A DNA stretch of 64,000 bases from positions 125,816-189,815 of the forward strand of contig JBMOQN010000035.1 of assembly GCA_049322835.1 (NCBI GenBank), given 5' to 3'. The translations under genes and the position numbers were made by a program. This document shows, piece by piece, positions 1 through 8,924 of this stretch (within the stretch, counting starts at the first letter, position 1; each line of letters opens with the position of its first letter). Under the pieces are notes generated by a model, which saw nothing but the letters and a program-made list of their open reading frames with translations, made no database searches and had not been told where the DNA came from. The stretch is from Pseudomonadota bacterium. Lineage in GTDB: Bacteria > Pseudomonadota > Gammaproteobacteria > Burkholderiales > Burkholderiaceae_C.

Positions 1-2
1 TC

Positions 3-512
3 GCGTGGTCGCTGTCACTTTCGGCCACCGCACCGCTGGAGCGCACCGAAGGCGCTGCCGCGCTCTGGGTGCTGCGCGGCGGCCACTATTGGGCGTTGAA
101 CAACGACTGGCAACTGCGCGCCGGGCTGGCCAGCTACACCTACCCCGAGGGGGACTGGCGAGGCTACGACCGCAGCGAGCTGACGCTCGGCGGCAGCTGG
201 CGCGACCTGGTGTCGCTGGAGGTCTCGGCGGTCCGCCTGAACGAAGGCGACCAGCGCCCGACCTGGGCCGCCGACCTGGGCCTGCGCTGGCCCCTGGGCG
301 GCGGCTTCAGCGCCGCGGCCGGCCTGGGCCGGGCCGAGCTGATCGCCTGGCCGCGCTGGTGCTACACCTACGCCGACGCCGGGCTGCTCTGGCAGCAAGG
401 GCCCTGGCGCGCCTCGCTGCGGGCGCTGATGATCGAGGGGCGCCGGGTGCGCAGCCTGATGGGCGACTCGGCCGAGCCTCACGCCAGCGCCAGCCTCGGT
501 TACACCTTCTGA
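3..512 (+). CDS. Outer-membrane beta-barrel protein, TorF/TIGR02001-like (5'-truncated by window edge)
   Basis: Frame open from the window start; amphipathic beta-strands, YTYP...YD.SE motif, C-terminal SLGYTF (BAM signal Phe). Confidence 0.65.
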   Translation, partial: AWSLSLSATAPLERTEGAAALWVLRGGHYWALNNDWQLRAGLASYTYPEGDWRGYDRSELTLGGSWRDLVSLEVSAVRLNEGDQRPTWAADLGLRWPLGGGFSAAAGLGRAELIAWPRWCYTYADAGLLWQQGPWRASLRALMIEGRRVRSLMGDSAEPHASASLGYTF

Positions 513-522
513 CGCCCCCCGG

Positions 523-551
523 CAACCTTTTCGCCATGCCACGGCACTCAC
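523..551 (+). promoter_or_regulatory. Putative ECF sigma promoter (CAACC-N14-CGGCAC-NN-AC)
   Basis: CAACCTTTTCGCCATGCCACGGCACTCAC upstream of the sigma gene; the same motif with identical spacing occurs at 3655-3683 (-). Confidence 0.5.
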
Positions 552-586
552 CCGCGGAAGAGCTGACCTCACCCAGGCACACCGCG

Positions 587-1195
587 ATGGCACTCACCCC
601 ATCCCCCGAAGACGACGACAGCGAGCGCGCCCTGCTGCGCCGCATGGCCGCGGGCGACCGGGCGGCGCTGGCGCTGCTCTACCGCCCCTACCACCGGCGG
701 CTGGCGCGCTTCCTCTCGCGGCTGACCCGCCGCGCGGACCTGATCGACGAGGTCATCAACGACACCTTCTGGATCGTCTGGCAGAAGGCCGGCAGCTTCC
801 GCGGCGACTCGCGGCTGTCGACCTGGATCATGGGCATCGCCTACCGCTGCGCGCTCAAGGCGCTGCGGCAGCACGGCGAAGACGACAACCTCGACGCCGA
901 CGCGCTGGAGCAGCTGGAAAGCACCGCCGACCCGCACGCCGAGCACGAGCTGCGCGACTGGCTGGGCAAGGCGATGCGCCGCCTGCCCACCGAGCAGCGG
1001 GTGGTGGTCGAGCTGGCCTACGGCCATGGCCACTCGCTGGAAGAGATCGCCGCCATCATGCAGAGCCCGCTGGGCACCGTGAAGGCCCGGCTGTTCCACG
1101 CCCGCGTGAAGCTGCGCAACCTGCTGCCCGACCTGGCCGGCAGCCAGACCCCACCCGCCACCCGCGGCAAGCATTCGACCGGGGGCCCCTCATGA
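587..1195 (+). CDS. ECF sigma-70 factor
   Basis: Region 2 (DEVINDTFWIVWQKAGSFRGDSRLSTWIMGIA) and region 4 (SLEEIAAIMQSPLGTVKARLFHAR); alternative start at 536. Confidence 0.93.
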   Translation: MALTPSPEDDDSERALLRRMAAGDRAALALLYRPYHRRLARFLSRLTRRADLIDEVINDTFWIVWQKAGSFRGDSRLSTWIMGIAYRCALKALRQHGEDDNLDADALEQLESTADPHAEHELRDWLGKAMRRLPTEQRVVVELAYGHGHSLEEIAAIMQSPLGTVKARLFHARVKLRNLLPDLAGSQTPPATRGKHSTGGPS

Positions 1196-1851
1196 TGAAC
1201 GACGACCGCGATCACGCACCCGAACACCTGCGCGCCTGGGAAGCCCTGCCCTGGATCGCCAACGGCCGCGCCACGCCCGAGCAGGCTGCGCTCGTCGAGG
1301 CCCACCTGCCGCACTGCGCCGATTGCCGCGAAGAGCTCGATTGGCAACGCCGCATGCAGGCCGCGCTGCAGCGCGCGGTGGACACCGCGGACGCCGATGC
1401 CGAGTCCGAACGCAGCCTGCAGGCCCTGATGGCCCGGCTCGACGACGCGCCCGAGCAGGGCCAGCCCGCCGGTGGCTCGCGCAGCAGGCTGACCTTCGCC
1501 CTCGCCGCCGCGGTGGTGGTGCAGGCGGTCGGCATCGGCGCGCTCAGCCTGCAGCTGTGGTCGGCCGAGCCGGCCGATGGCTACCGCACCCTGAGCAGCG
1601 AGCCGGTGGCTGCAGCCACGGCACCCTCTGCGACGTTGCGAGTGCTGCCCGCCCCGGGCCTGAGCCTGGCCGACTGGCAAGCGCTGCTGCAGGCCCAGGG
1701 GCTGCAGGCGGTGGGCGCGCCCAACAGCGCCGGCGCCTACGCCCTGGCACCTGCGCCCGGCGCGCCTGCACGGCCGCGCGACGAGGCGCTGGCCGCCCTG
1801 CGCGCCAGCCCCGGTGTGCGCCTGGCCGAGCCCATCGGCCCCGCGCCGTGA
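1192..1851 (+). CDS. Zinc-binding (zf-HC2/ZAS) transmembrane anti-sigma factor
   Basis: HLPHCADC (HxxxCxxC), one TM helix, periplasmic C-terminus; ATGA overlap with the sigma gene. Confidence 0.88.
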   Translation: MMNDDRDHAPEHLRAWEALPWIANGRATPEQAALVEAHLPHCADCREELDWQRRMQAALQRAVDTADADAESERSLQALMARLDDAPEQGQPAGGSRSRLTFALAAAVVVQAVGIGALSLQLWSAEPADGYRTLSSEPVAAATAPSATLRVLPAPGLSLADWQALLQAQGLQAVGAPNSAGAYALAPAPGAPARPRDEALAALRASPGVRLAEPIGPAP

Positions 1852-3227
1852 CCACCGCGGCGCGGCCGGCCTGGCGCGCCGCCTGGCGGGCGCTGGCCCA
1901 CGCGCTGCTCGCCTTGCTGGCCCTGCCGCTGGTGCTGGCCCTGGCGGCCTGTGCCACGCCGGGCGCCGCGCCTTCCGCCGAGGGCGCCGACACGGCGATG
2001 CAGGCCGACAGCAGCCGCTACATCGTGCTGGCGGTCGACAACCCCCAGACCCCGCCCGCCGGCCACGCCGGCTCCAGCCTCGGCGGCTACGGCCCGGCGC
2101 CACGCTACCTGCAAGGCCAGCGTGCTGCCTCGCAGCTGGCCGACATCGCCCGCACCCACGGCCTGCGCGAAGTCGCCGGCTGGCCCATCGTGGCGCTGGG
2201 CTGGCACTGCGTGGTGTTCGAGCTGCCGGCCAGCGGCCCGACCCGCGAGACGCTGCTGGCCACACTGAGCCGGGACGCACGGGTGCAACTGGCCCAGCCC
2301 CTGCAGGAATTCGAGACGCTGGCGGCCACCTCAGCGGGGGCCACGCCGGCCACCGCAACGTCGGCGGACCGCATCGGCCTGGCCTACAACGACCCCTACG
2401 TTCACCTGCAGCGCGGCTTCGCCGATCTCGCCGCGGCGCAAGCCCACCGCCTCAGCGCGGGAGCGGGCGTGCGGGTCGCGGTGGTCGACACCGGCGCCGC
2501 CACCGGCCACCCCGACCTGCAGGGCCGCGTGGCCGCGGTACGCGACTTCATCGGCACCCGGCCTGACGGCACAGGCTTCGACACCGACCGCCACGGCACG
2601 CAGGTGGCCGGCGTGATCGCCGCGGCGGGCAACAACCACCAAGGCATCGTCGGCATCGCGCCGCTGGCCCTGCTGGATTTGCACAAGGCCTGCTGGCAGA
2701 GGGAAGGCGCCCAGCCCGGCGCACCGGCACGCTGCAACTCCTTCACCCTCGCCCAGGCCCTGGCCGCAGTGCTGGGCTCGGATGCGCGCATCGTGAACCT
2801 CAGCCTGGGTGGCCCGGCCGACCCGCTGCTCGACAGGCTGCTGGCCGTGCTGCTGCAGCAGGGCCGCATCGTCGTGGGCGCATTGCCCCCCAGCGGCCAG
2901 CGCGAAGGCTTCCCCACCGGCACGCCAGGGGTGATCGCCGTCGCGAACGCAGCAGCACCGCTGGCCGCCGGCGTGGACGCCGTCCTGGCGCCCGGGCAGG
3001 ACGTGCTCACGCTGCAACCCGGCGGCAGCTACGACTACGCCTCAGGCTCGTCGATCGCCGCGGCGCATGTGAGCGGCGTCGCCGCGCTGCTGCTCTCGGC
3101 TGACCCGCGCCTGGACCCGGCCCGGCTGCGCATGCTGCTCGGGCCGGGCGGTGCGGCGGCACCCTTGAACGCGAACACCGCGCTCGATGCCCTGCAGCGG
3201 CCGGGCGCCAGCACCGCCCGCCGCTGA
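1848..3227 (+). CDS. S8 subtilisin-like serine protease, lipoprotein
   Basis: GTGA overlap with the anti-sigma gene; lipobox LAAC; triad motifs VAVVDTG, HGTQVAG, SGSSIAAAHVSG. Confidence 0.9.
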   Translation: MTTAARPAWRAAWRALAHALLALLALPLVLALAACATPGAAPSAEGADTAMQADSSRYIVLAVDNPQTPPAGHAGSSLGGYGPAPRYLQGQRAASQLADIARTHGLREVAGWPIVALGWHCVVFELPASGPTRETLLATLSRDARVQLAQPLQEFETLAATSAGATPATATSADRIGLAYNDPYVHLQRGFADLAAAQAHRLSAGAGVRVAVVDTGAATGHPDLQGRVAAVRDFIGTRPDGTGFDTDRHGTQVAGVIAAAGNNHQGIVGIAPLALLDLHKACWQREGAQPGAPARCNSFTLAQALAAVLGSDARIVNLSLGGPADPLLDRLLAVLLQQGRIVVGALPPSGQREGFPTGTPGVIAVANAAAPLAAGVDAVLAPGQDVLTLQPGGSYDYASGSSIAAAHVSGVAALLLSADPRLDPARLRMLLGPGGAAAPLNANTALDALQRPGASTARR

Positions 3228-3252
3228 CCCCTCCAGCAACCGGTGGGGCCGG

Positions 3253-3600
3253 TCACGCGCAGCGCGCCGTCACCACATGGTTGTGCGACGCCCCGGTGCT
3301 CGAGGTCACGTCCACGCTCTGCCCGGCACGCAGCATCGCCAGCTGCGCCGCGGTCAGTGTCACTGTGTGGTCATGCCCGGCCGAGCCCTGGATGCTGTAG
3401 ACCTTGTCGGTCGCCGAGCTCAGGTCCGCCTCGGGAATGGTCAGCGCATGGCCGTGGTTGCCCGTGATGCTGTTGGCGCCGCACTGCACCGGCCCGCCGT
3501 TGTCATCGTCGCCGCCGCCGCCACACGCCTGCAGCCACAGCACCACGGTGCCACCGCCGAGCGCACCCAGGAACCCCTTGCGGGTCATCTTGATCGTCAT
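3253..3600 (-). CDS. Small His-rich Tat lipoprotein, putative metal binder
   Basis: TRKGFL twin-arginine-like motif, LQAC lipobox, NHGH/GHDH/HNH motifs. Confidence 0.75.
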   Translation of the reverse strand: MTIKMTRKGFLGALGGGTVVLWLQACGGGGDDDNGGPVQCGANSITGNHGHALTIPEADLSSATDKVYSIQGSAGHDHTVTLTAAQLAMLRAGQSVDVTSSTGASHNHVVTARCA

Positions 3601-3654
3601 CGCCTTGCTCCGGTTTGAAAGACGGCGCCTTGGGGTTCCGCAAGGCGCTCGTCG

Positions 3655-3683
3655 GTAGGTGCCGGAGAAAAGACGAAAGGTTG
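3655..3683 (-). promoter_or_regulatory. Putative ECF sigma promoter, second copy
   Basis: Minus strand reads CAACCTTTCGTCTTTTCTCCGGCACCTAC, matching 523-551. Confidence 0.5.
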
Positions 3684-3690
3684 TTCGCCT

Positions 3691-4659
3691 TCAGGTGCCC
3701 ACCAGCGCAGCGAAGCGCGCCAGGTCGACGTTGCCGCCCGAGAGCACGATGCCCACGCGCAGCCCGCGCACGTCGAGCTGGCCGTGCAGCACCGCCGCGG
3801 CGGCCAGGCAGCCCGTGGGCTCGACCAGCAGCTTCATGCGCGTCGCCAAGAACTTCATCGTCTCGACGAGCTCGGCGTCACTCACGGTGAGCACACCCGC
3901 CACGCGCTGCCGCAGCACCGGGAAGGTGTGCTGCCCCAGCGTGCGGCTCTGCGCCGCGTCGGCGATGGTGCGCGGTGTGTCGATGCGCACGATGCGGCCT
4001 TCGGCGAGGCTGCGCTGCGCGTCGTTGCCGGCCTCGGGCTCGACGCCCCAGACGCGGCAGCCCGGGCTCAAGCCTTCGGCCGCGGTGGCGCAGCCCGAGA
4101 TCAGCCCGCCGCCGCCGACCGGGGTGAGCAGCAGGTCGAGCGGGCCCGTGTCCTCGATCAGCTCCTTGGCCAGCGTGCCCTGGCCGGCCATCACGTGCGG
4201 GTGGTCGAAGGGCGGGACGAGGGTCAGGCCGCGCTCCTCGGCCAGGCGGCGCGCCAGCGTGTCGCCGTCTTCGCGGTAGCGGTCGAAGCCGATCACCTGG
4301 GCGCCGTAGCCGAGCGTGGCCTCGCGCTTGGCCGCGGGCGCGTCCTCGGGCATCAGCACCAGCGCGGGCACACCCAGCAGCGCCGCCGCACGGGCGATGG
4401 CCTGCGCATGGTTGCCCGACGAGAAGGTGACCACGCCGGCCTTCGCTTGTGCCGCCGTGAACTGCGCGATGGCGTTGTAGGCGCCGCGGATCTTGAAGGC
4501 CCCGGTGTGCTGCAGGTTCTCGGCCTTGAAGAAGAGCTGCGCGCCGCAGCGGGCGTCGGCCGTGCGCGAGCGCAGCACCGGCGTGCGGTGGGCGATGCCG
4601 GCCAGGCGCTGGTGCGCGGCGGCCACATCGTCGAAGGAGATCGCAAGGGGTTCGGTCAT
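3691..4659 (-). CDS. PLP-dependent Ser/Thr dehydratase family (threo-3-hydroxy-L-aspartate ammonia-lyase-like)
   Basis: KAENLQHTGAFKIRGA, FSSGNHAQ, PVGGGGLISG, LSGGNVD. Confidence 0.9.
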   Translation of the reverse strand: MTEPLAISFDDVAAAHQRLAGIAHRTPVLRSRTADARCGAQLFFKAENLQHTGAFKIRGAYNAIAQFTAAQAKAGVVTFSSGNHAQAIARAAALLGVPALVLMPEDAPAAKREATLGYGAQVIGFDRYREDGDTLARRLAEERGLTLVPPFDHPHVMAGQGTLAKELIEDTGPLDLLLTPVGGGGLISGCATAAEGLSPGCRVWGVEPEAGNDAQRSLAEGRIVRIDTPRTIADAAQSRTLGQHTFPVLRQRVAGVLTVSDAELVETMKFLATRMKLLVEPTGCLAAAAVLHGQLDVRGLRVGIVLSGGNVDLARFAALVGT

Positions 4660-4782
4660 GGGTGCATCTTGGCAGGCTGCGCGTCGACTGAAACTGTGCG
4701 GGTCGGCGGGCTGATACAGCGTCGCGCCAGGGCAAGCGCCTTGTGCCTGTGCAGCAGCGCCTGCGCTGCCTACGCTCACCCC

Positions 4783-5370
4783 ATGACGCCCGACCTGCTG
4801 CCCCTGGCCACCTATTGCTTCGTGATGTCCAGCACCCCGGGGCCGAACAACATGATGCTGACCGCCTCGGGCGCCAACTTCGGCTTCCGCGGCACGCTGC
4901 CGCAGATCCTGGGCATCAACGCCGGCGGCTTCGTGCAGACCTATGTCACCTGCCTGGGCCTGGGTGCGCTGTTCACCACCTGGCCGGTGCTGCACACCAC
5001 GCTGCGCTTCGCTGGCGCCGCCTACATGCTCTGGCTGGCCTGGCGGCTCACCGGGGGCGCCGCGGCAGACGCCCAGGTGGCCCGGCCGGTGGGCTTCGCC
5101 GAGGGCGCGCTGTTCCAGGCGGTGAACCCCAAGGCCTGGCTCAAAGCCGTGACGCTCGCCTCGGTCTTCATGCCCGAGGGCCTGAGCCTGCCGGCGGGCG
5201 CGCTGCTGCTCTCGGTGGTGGGCACGGTGATCGGCTTGCCCTGCGTGTCGATGTGGGCGTTGTTCGGCGTGGCCATCCGCCACTGGCTGACCGACGCGCG
5301 GCGCCGACGCGCCTTCAATGCCATCATGGCGGCGACGATGGCGCTGCTCGCCATCGGCCTGCTCACCTGA
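4783..5370 (+). CDS. LysE family translocator
   Basis: TPGPNNM and NPKAW motifs, multiple TM helices. Confidence 0.9.
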   Translation: MTPDLLPLATYCFVMSSTPGPNNMMLTASGANFGFRGTLPQILGINAGGFVQTYVTCLGLGALFTTWPVLHTTLRFAGAAYMLWLAWRLTGGAAADAQVARPVGFAEGALFQAVNPKAWLKAVTLASVFMPEGLSLPAGALLLSVVGTVIGLPCVSMWALFGVAIRHWLTDARRRRAFNAIMAATMALLAIGLLT

Positions 5371-5372
5371 CG

Positions 5373-6833
5373 ATGTTCAGCCTCGACCGCAACAGCCCCA
5401 CGCCGCTGGCCGACCAGATCGAGACGCGGCTGCGCACGTTGGTCGAGGCCGGCCAGTTGCCCGCCGGGGCGCGGCTGCCCTCCATCCGCCAGCTCGCCGG
5501 CCAGCTCGGCGTCAGCCCCAACACCGTGGTCACCGCCTACGACCGGCTGGTGGCCGCCGGCCTGATCGACTCGCGCGGCACCGCCGGCTTCTTCGTTTGC
5601 GAGGGCCGCGCCGACGATGCCTCCGAGCCCGATCAGGCGGTGCTCGAAGCCGGCGACGAGCAGGAGCCGGTGTGGCTGGCCCAGCAGGCCAACGACCAGC
5701 GCGCCGGCGTGCTGCTGGCCAGCAGCGGCGCCCTGCCCGGCCCCTGGCTCGAAGACGCGGTGCCCGCCTCGCTGCTGCCGCGCGCGCTCAGGCGCAGCCC
5801 GGCCGGCATGGCCTCGCGCTGCCCGCCGCAGGGCCTGCCCGAGCTGCGCGAGCGCATTGCCGCGCTGCTGCGCGGTCAGGGCATCGCCGTGGATGCCAAC
5901 CGTTTGCTCACCACCTACGGCGGCACGCACGCGATCGACCTGATCTGCCGCACCTTCCTGCAGCCGGGCGACACCGTGCTGGTCGAAGACCCGGGCTATT
6001 TCCTGATGTTCGGAAGGCTGCGCCAGGCCGGGCTGCGGCTGGTGCCCATCGCCCGCCGGCCCGACGGGCTGGACCTGGCCCAGCTCGAAGCCGCCTGCCG
6101 CGAGCACCGGCCGCGCCTGCTGTTCATCCAGAGCGTGCTGCACAACCCCACCGGCTGGGGCAGCAGCGCCGCCAACCTCTACCGCGTGCTCACGCTCGCG
6201 CACCAGCACGGCTTCCTGATCGCCGAAGACGATGTGCAGGGCCACTTCCACCCCGGCCAGCCCACACGCCTGGCCGCGCTCTCGGGGCTGGACCGTGTCA
6301 TCTACTACTCCAGCTTCTGCAAGGCCCTGAGCCCGGCGCTGCGCGTGGGCTACATCGCCGCCGAGCCGCCGCTGCTCAAGGCCCTGCTGCGCGAGAAGAT
6401 CTATTCCATCCTCACCACTGCCGCGCTGAACGAATACGTGATGCTGGAACTGCTGGCTGCCGGCCGCTGGCGCAAGCACCTGGACCGCCTGCAGCGCAAG
6501 CTCATCACCGCCCGCAACGCCAGCACCCGCCAGTTGCGCGGCGCCGGCGTGCTGCTCGACCACCCGGGCGAAGGCGGCCTCTTCCTCTGGGGCGCCGTGC
6601 CGCACGGCGTGGACGTGGACACGCTGGTGAAAGACGCCTACCGCCACCAGATCCTGCTGGTGCGCGGCGCCACCTTCACCGCCACCGGAAACGCCACCGA
6701 CCCGCACATCCGCTTCAACGTGGTCTACAGCCAGCATCAAAGGTTGGCGGAGTACCTGAAGTCGCGGTTCGCCGCGGCGCAAGAGGCAGGCTCGGCGTTG
6801 GCGCGACTGCGCGCCGCGCGGACGAGTGGATGA
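5373..6833 (+). CDS. MocR/GntR family regulator with PLP aminotransferase domain
   Basis: wHTH RLPSIRQLAGQLGVSPNTV; HNPTG, EDD, SFCKALSPALRVGY. Confidence 0.92.
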   Translation: MFSLDRNSPTPLADQIETRLRTLVEAGQLPAGARLPSIRQLAGQLGVSPNTVVTAYDRLVAAGLIDSRGTAGFFVCEGRADDASEPDQAVLEAGDEQEPVWLAQQANDQRAGVLLASSGALPGPWLEDAVPASLLPRALRRSPAGMASRCPPQGLPELRERIAALLRGQGIAVDANRLLTTYGGTHAIDLICRTFLQPGDTVLVEDPGYFLMFGRLRQAGLRLVPIARRPDGLDLAQLEAACREHRPRLLFIQSVLHNPTGWGSSAANLYRVLTLAHQHGFLIAEDDVQGHFHPGQPTRLAALSGLDRVIYYSSFCKALSPALRVGYIAAEPPLLKALLREKIYSILTTAALNEYVMLELLAAGRWRKHLDRLQRKLITARNASTRQLRGAGVLLDHPGEGGLFLWGAVPHGVDVDTLVKDAYRHQILLVRGATFTATGNATDPHIRFNVVYSQHQRLAEYLKSRFAAAQEAGSALARLRAARTSG

Positions 6834-6867
6834 GTCGGCCAAGCTTGCCGGCGGCGATCACCGGTCA

Positions 6868-6887
6868 AGCTGTCAGCCCTGACAGCT
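6868..6887. promoter_or_regulatory. 20-bp lux-box-like palindrome
   Basis: AGCTGTCAG-CC-CTGACAGCT, perfect 9-bp arms, fits NNCTGT-N8-ACAGNN; lies upstream of the LuxR HTH ORFs. Confidence 0.55.
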
Positions 6888-6944
6888 GATTTCGTGCAAT
6901 CTCTCCGTTAGTGTCGCCCGCCGGCGCACCGACGGTGAGTGACC

Positions 6945-7373
6945 ATGCTGACCCGACGACAACACGAAGTTCTTCTCCTCTACGCGGACGGGTGGTCCGC
7001 CGCGGACATCGCCGAGGCGTTCGGCATATCGCCCGCCACGGTTCGGACCCATGTGAGAAGCGGCTTCTCGAAACTGGCGGTGGGGAGCAGGTACCAACTG
7101 CGTGTGGCATTGGGTCGTGATGTGGACTCCTTTCGTGGTGTCGCCCGGGTCTGGCCTGCTGGGCTCACTGTCGAAGCGGGAAGTCGAGGTGGCCAGGCTC
7201 TACGCGGCCGGACTCAGTCACAAGGAAGCTGCGCGGCAGCTGTGCATCGCCTGCAACACCGTTCGCGTTCACTTGCACAAGGTCTTCAAGAAGCTGGCCA
7301 TCCACAGCCGGGGCGAGCTTCGCATGCGACTGCAGCCTGCTTCGCTGTCGACCAACTCATCTGCCACCACTAA
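6945..7373 (+). CDS. LuxR-type HTH protein 1 (HTH ends near 7115; tail probably spurious, possible frameshift)
   Basis: LTRRQHEVLLLYADGWSAADIAEAFGISPATVRTHVRSGFSKL. Confidence 0.6.
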   Translation: MLTRRQHEVLLLYADGWSAADIAEAFGISPATVRTHVRSGFSKLAVGSRYQLRVALGRDVDSFRGVARVWPAGLTVEAGSRGGQALRGRTQSQGSCAAAVHRLQHRSRSLAQGLQEAGHPQPGRASHATAACFAVDQLICHH

Positions 7374-7410
7374 CGCAAACCGGAGGAGAGACGACGCCGG
7401 GCCGCGCTGA
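7120..7410 (+). CDS. LuxR-type HTH protein 2 (different frame from protein 1)
   Basis: LSKREVEVARLYAAGLSHKEAARQLCIACNTVRVHLHKVFKKLAIHSR. Confidence 0.65.
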   Translation: MWTPFVVSPGSGLLGSLSKREVEVARLYAAGLSHKEAARQLCIACNTVRVHLHKVFKKLAIHSRGELRMRLQPASLSTNSSATTNANRRRDDAGPR

Positions 7411-7467
7411 TAGCTTCGAATCTCCCCGCTTCGATCGATACGGGGCCCACCATCCAGGGAGATTCTC

Positions 7468-8898
7468 ATGACATCCGTAGACATCAAACCGGTCACCGCA
7501 CGCACGTCGGCCGCTCCGCGCGCTCTCTCGCTCATGGTCATCGGCAACACGGGCGAATCCGAAATGCTCGGTGCTCTGGGAGAAGGGGTCCGGCTGAGGC
7601 GATACGACGCCAGCGTGGCCGATGACGAGTTCGACACGGTGGACGCCGTGGTGCTGGACACCCGTCAGTTCGAGCAGTTGGCACACCGGACAGTCATCGA
7701 CAAGGCGCTTGCTGCCGGCACGCCGGTCGTTCTGCTGCACAACGAGGCGGCTGGCTCGGTGGCCTCGGCGATAGGCATCGGGCTGCGGTCGGAAGCACTT
7801 CTCGTGAAGCCGGTGGAGGGCACGCGAGAGCTCTGGATCGCGGACCTGGGCAACGGTGCCTCGCTGCTGGATGCCAGCTGGGGCAGCGACAGCCGGGCCA
7901 CCGGGCCGGCGAATGACCGCAGCGCGGAACCGGCAGGCAGCGTGGCCACTGCCGCGACAGGTCAGCGCAACCTCGCCACGGCGATGCCGAGAACCCCCGC
8001 CACCACGGCCCGGCGGCTTCAAGACGAGCTGAGGACCCGCCACCTCTCCGCTGCGCAACAGCGCGTCGTCCATGCGGCGCGTGAAGAGCGCTCAGCCGAA
8101 AAGGTGCCGCCGGAAGTGCCGCAGCGCATCTACTACCTCGAGACGGAGACCCAATGGTACCCTGACGAGGTGCAGCAGGCCATTCTGGGCGTGACTTGGC
8201 ACATCGAACTCTACGGCTCCAGCAACCCGCCCAACAAGTTCCTTCGCATCACCCCGCGCGGATACGGCGCCTTTCCCGGCCAGCTCGTCAAGGACGACAA
8301 CTTCGAACGCGGCTGGTTCCAGGAGAAGATCACGATCGAGATGCGTGCCGACGAAAACCACCGCAGCAAGGTCAGCATCCTGGAGCACAGCCCGCCCAAC
8401 ACGAACAATGTGACCACGCTGGAGAGTGCGACCGCGTTCGATATCGGCTTCTCCCAGGCGGATGGCGCCAGCGCCTCGTTCTCGGCGAGCCAGTCGGTCA
8501 CCACCCAGCTGCAGGACTTCCGTGTCGAGAACCGATCGACACCCGATCACGCGATGTGGGAGAACTCGCTTTCCCTGGTCGGCGGCGACCGGGTCTACAA
8601 GAACTGGGACGATCTGGTGAAGATCTACTTCCCGATCTGGGGCGCCATCCAACTGCTCGAGTTGCCGCCGCTGGCGAAGCAGCTCTTCAGCCACAACTGC
8701 CAGACCGTCTGGATTGCCAGCAACGAACTCAAGGAACAGATCCCGTTCGGCCTGATGGCCTGGCAAACGCTCCGCGACACGTTCGTGAAGACCGGCTTCT
8801 CCATCGAGTGGAGCTCCTACTTTCGCACGTACGGCATCGGCTACGCCTTGACCGGCCAGAACCCCAACCCGCTGCTGGTGGACTTCGGTCTGGTGTAA
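7468..8898 (+). CDS. Hypothetical protein with C-terminal leukocidin/cytolysin-like beta-pore-forming domain
   Basis: Good RBS (GGGAGA); SPPNTN...FDIGFS...ASASFSASQSVT..QDFRVEN resembles the cytolysin stem region as I recall it; no signal peptide. Confidence 0.55.
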   Translation: MTSVDIKPVTARTSAAPRALSLMVIGNTGESEMLGALGEGVRLRRYDASVADDEFDTVDAVVLDTRQFEQLAHRTVIDKALAAGTPVVLLHNEAAGSVASAIGIGLRSEALLVKPVEGTRELWIADLGNGASLLDASWGSDSRATGPANDRSAEPAGSVATAATGQRNLATAMPRTPATTARRLQDELRTRHLSAAQQRVVHAAREERSAEKVPPEVPQRIYYLETETQWYPDEVQQAILGVTWHIELYGSSNPPNKFLRITPRGYGAFPGQLVKDDNFERGWFQEKITIEMRADENHRSKVSILEHSPPNTNNVTTLESATAFDIGFSQADGASASFSASQSVTTQLQDFRVENRSTPDHAMWENSLSLVGGDRVYKNWDDLVKIYFPIWGAIQLLELPPLAKQLFSHNCQTVWIASNELKEQIPFGLMAWQTLRDTFVKTGFSIEWSSYFRTYGIGYALTGQNPNPLLVDFGLV

Positions 8899-8924
8899 GA
8901 AGCGTCCGCCTCAGCGTCGCCCGA

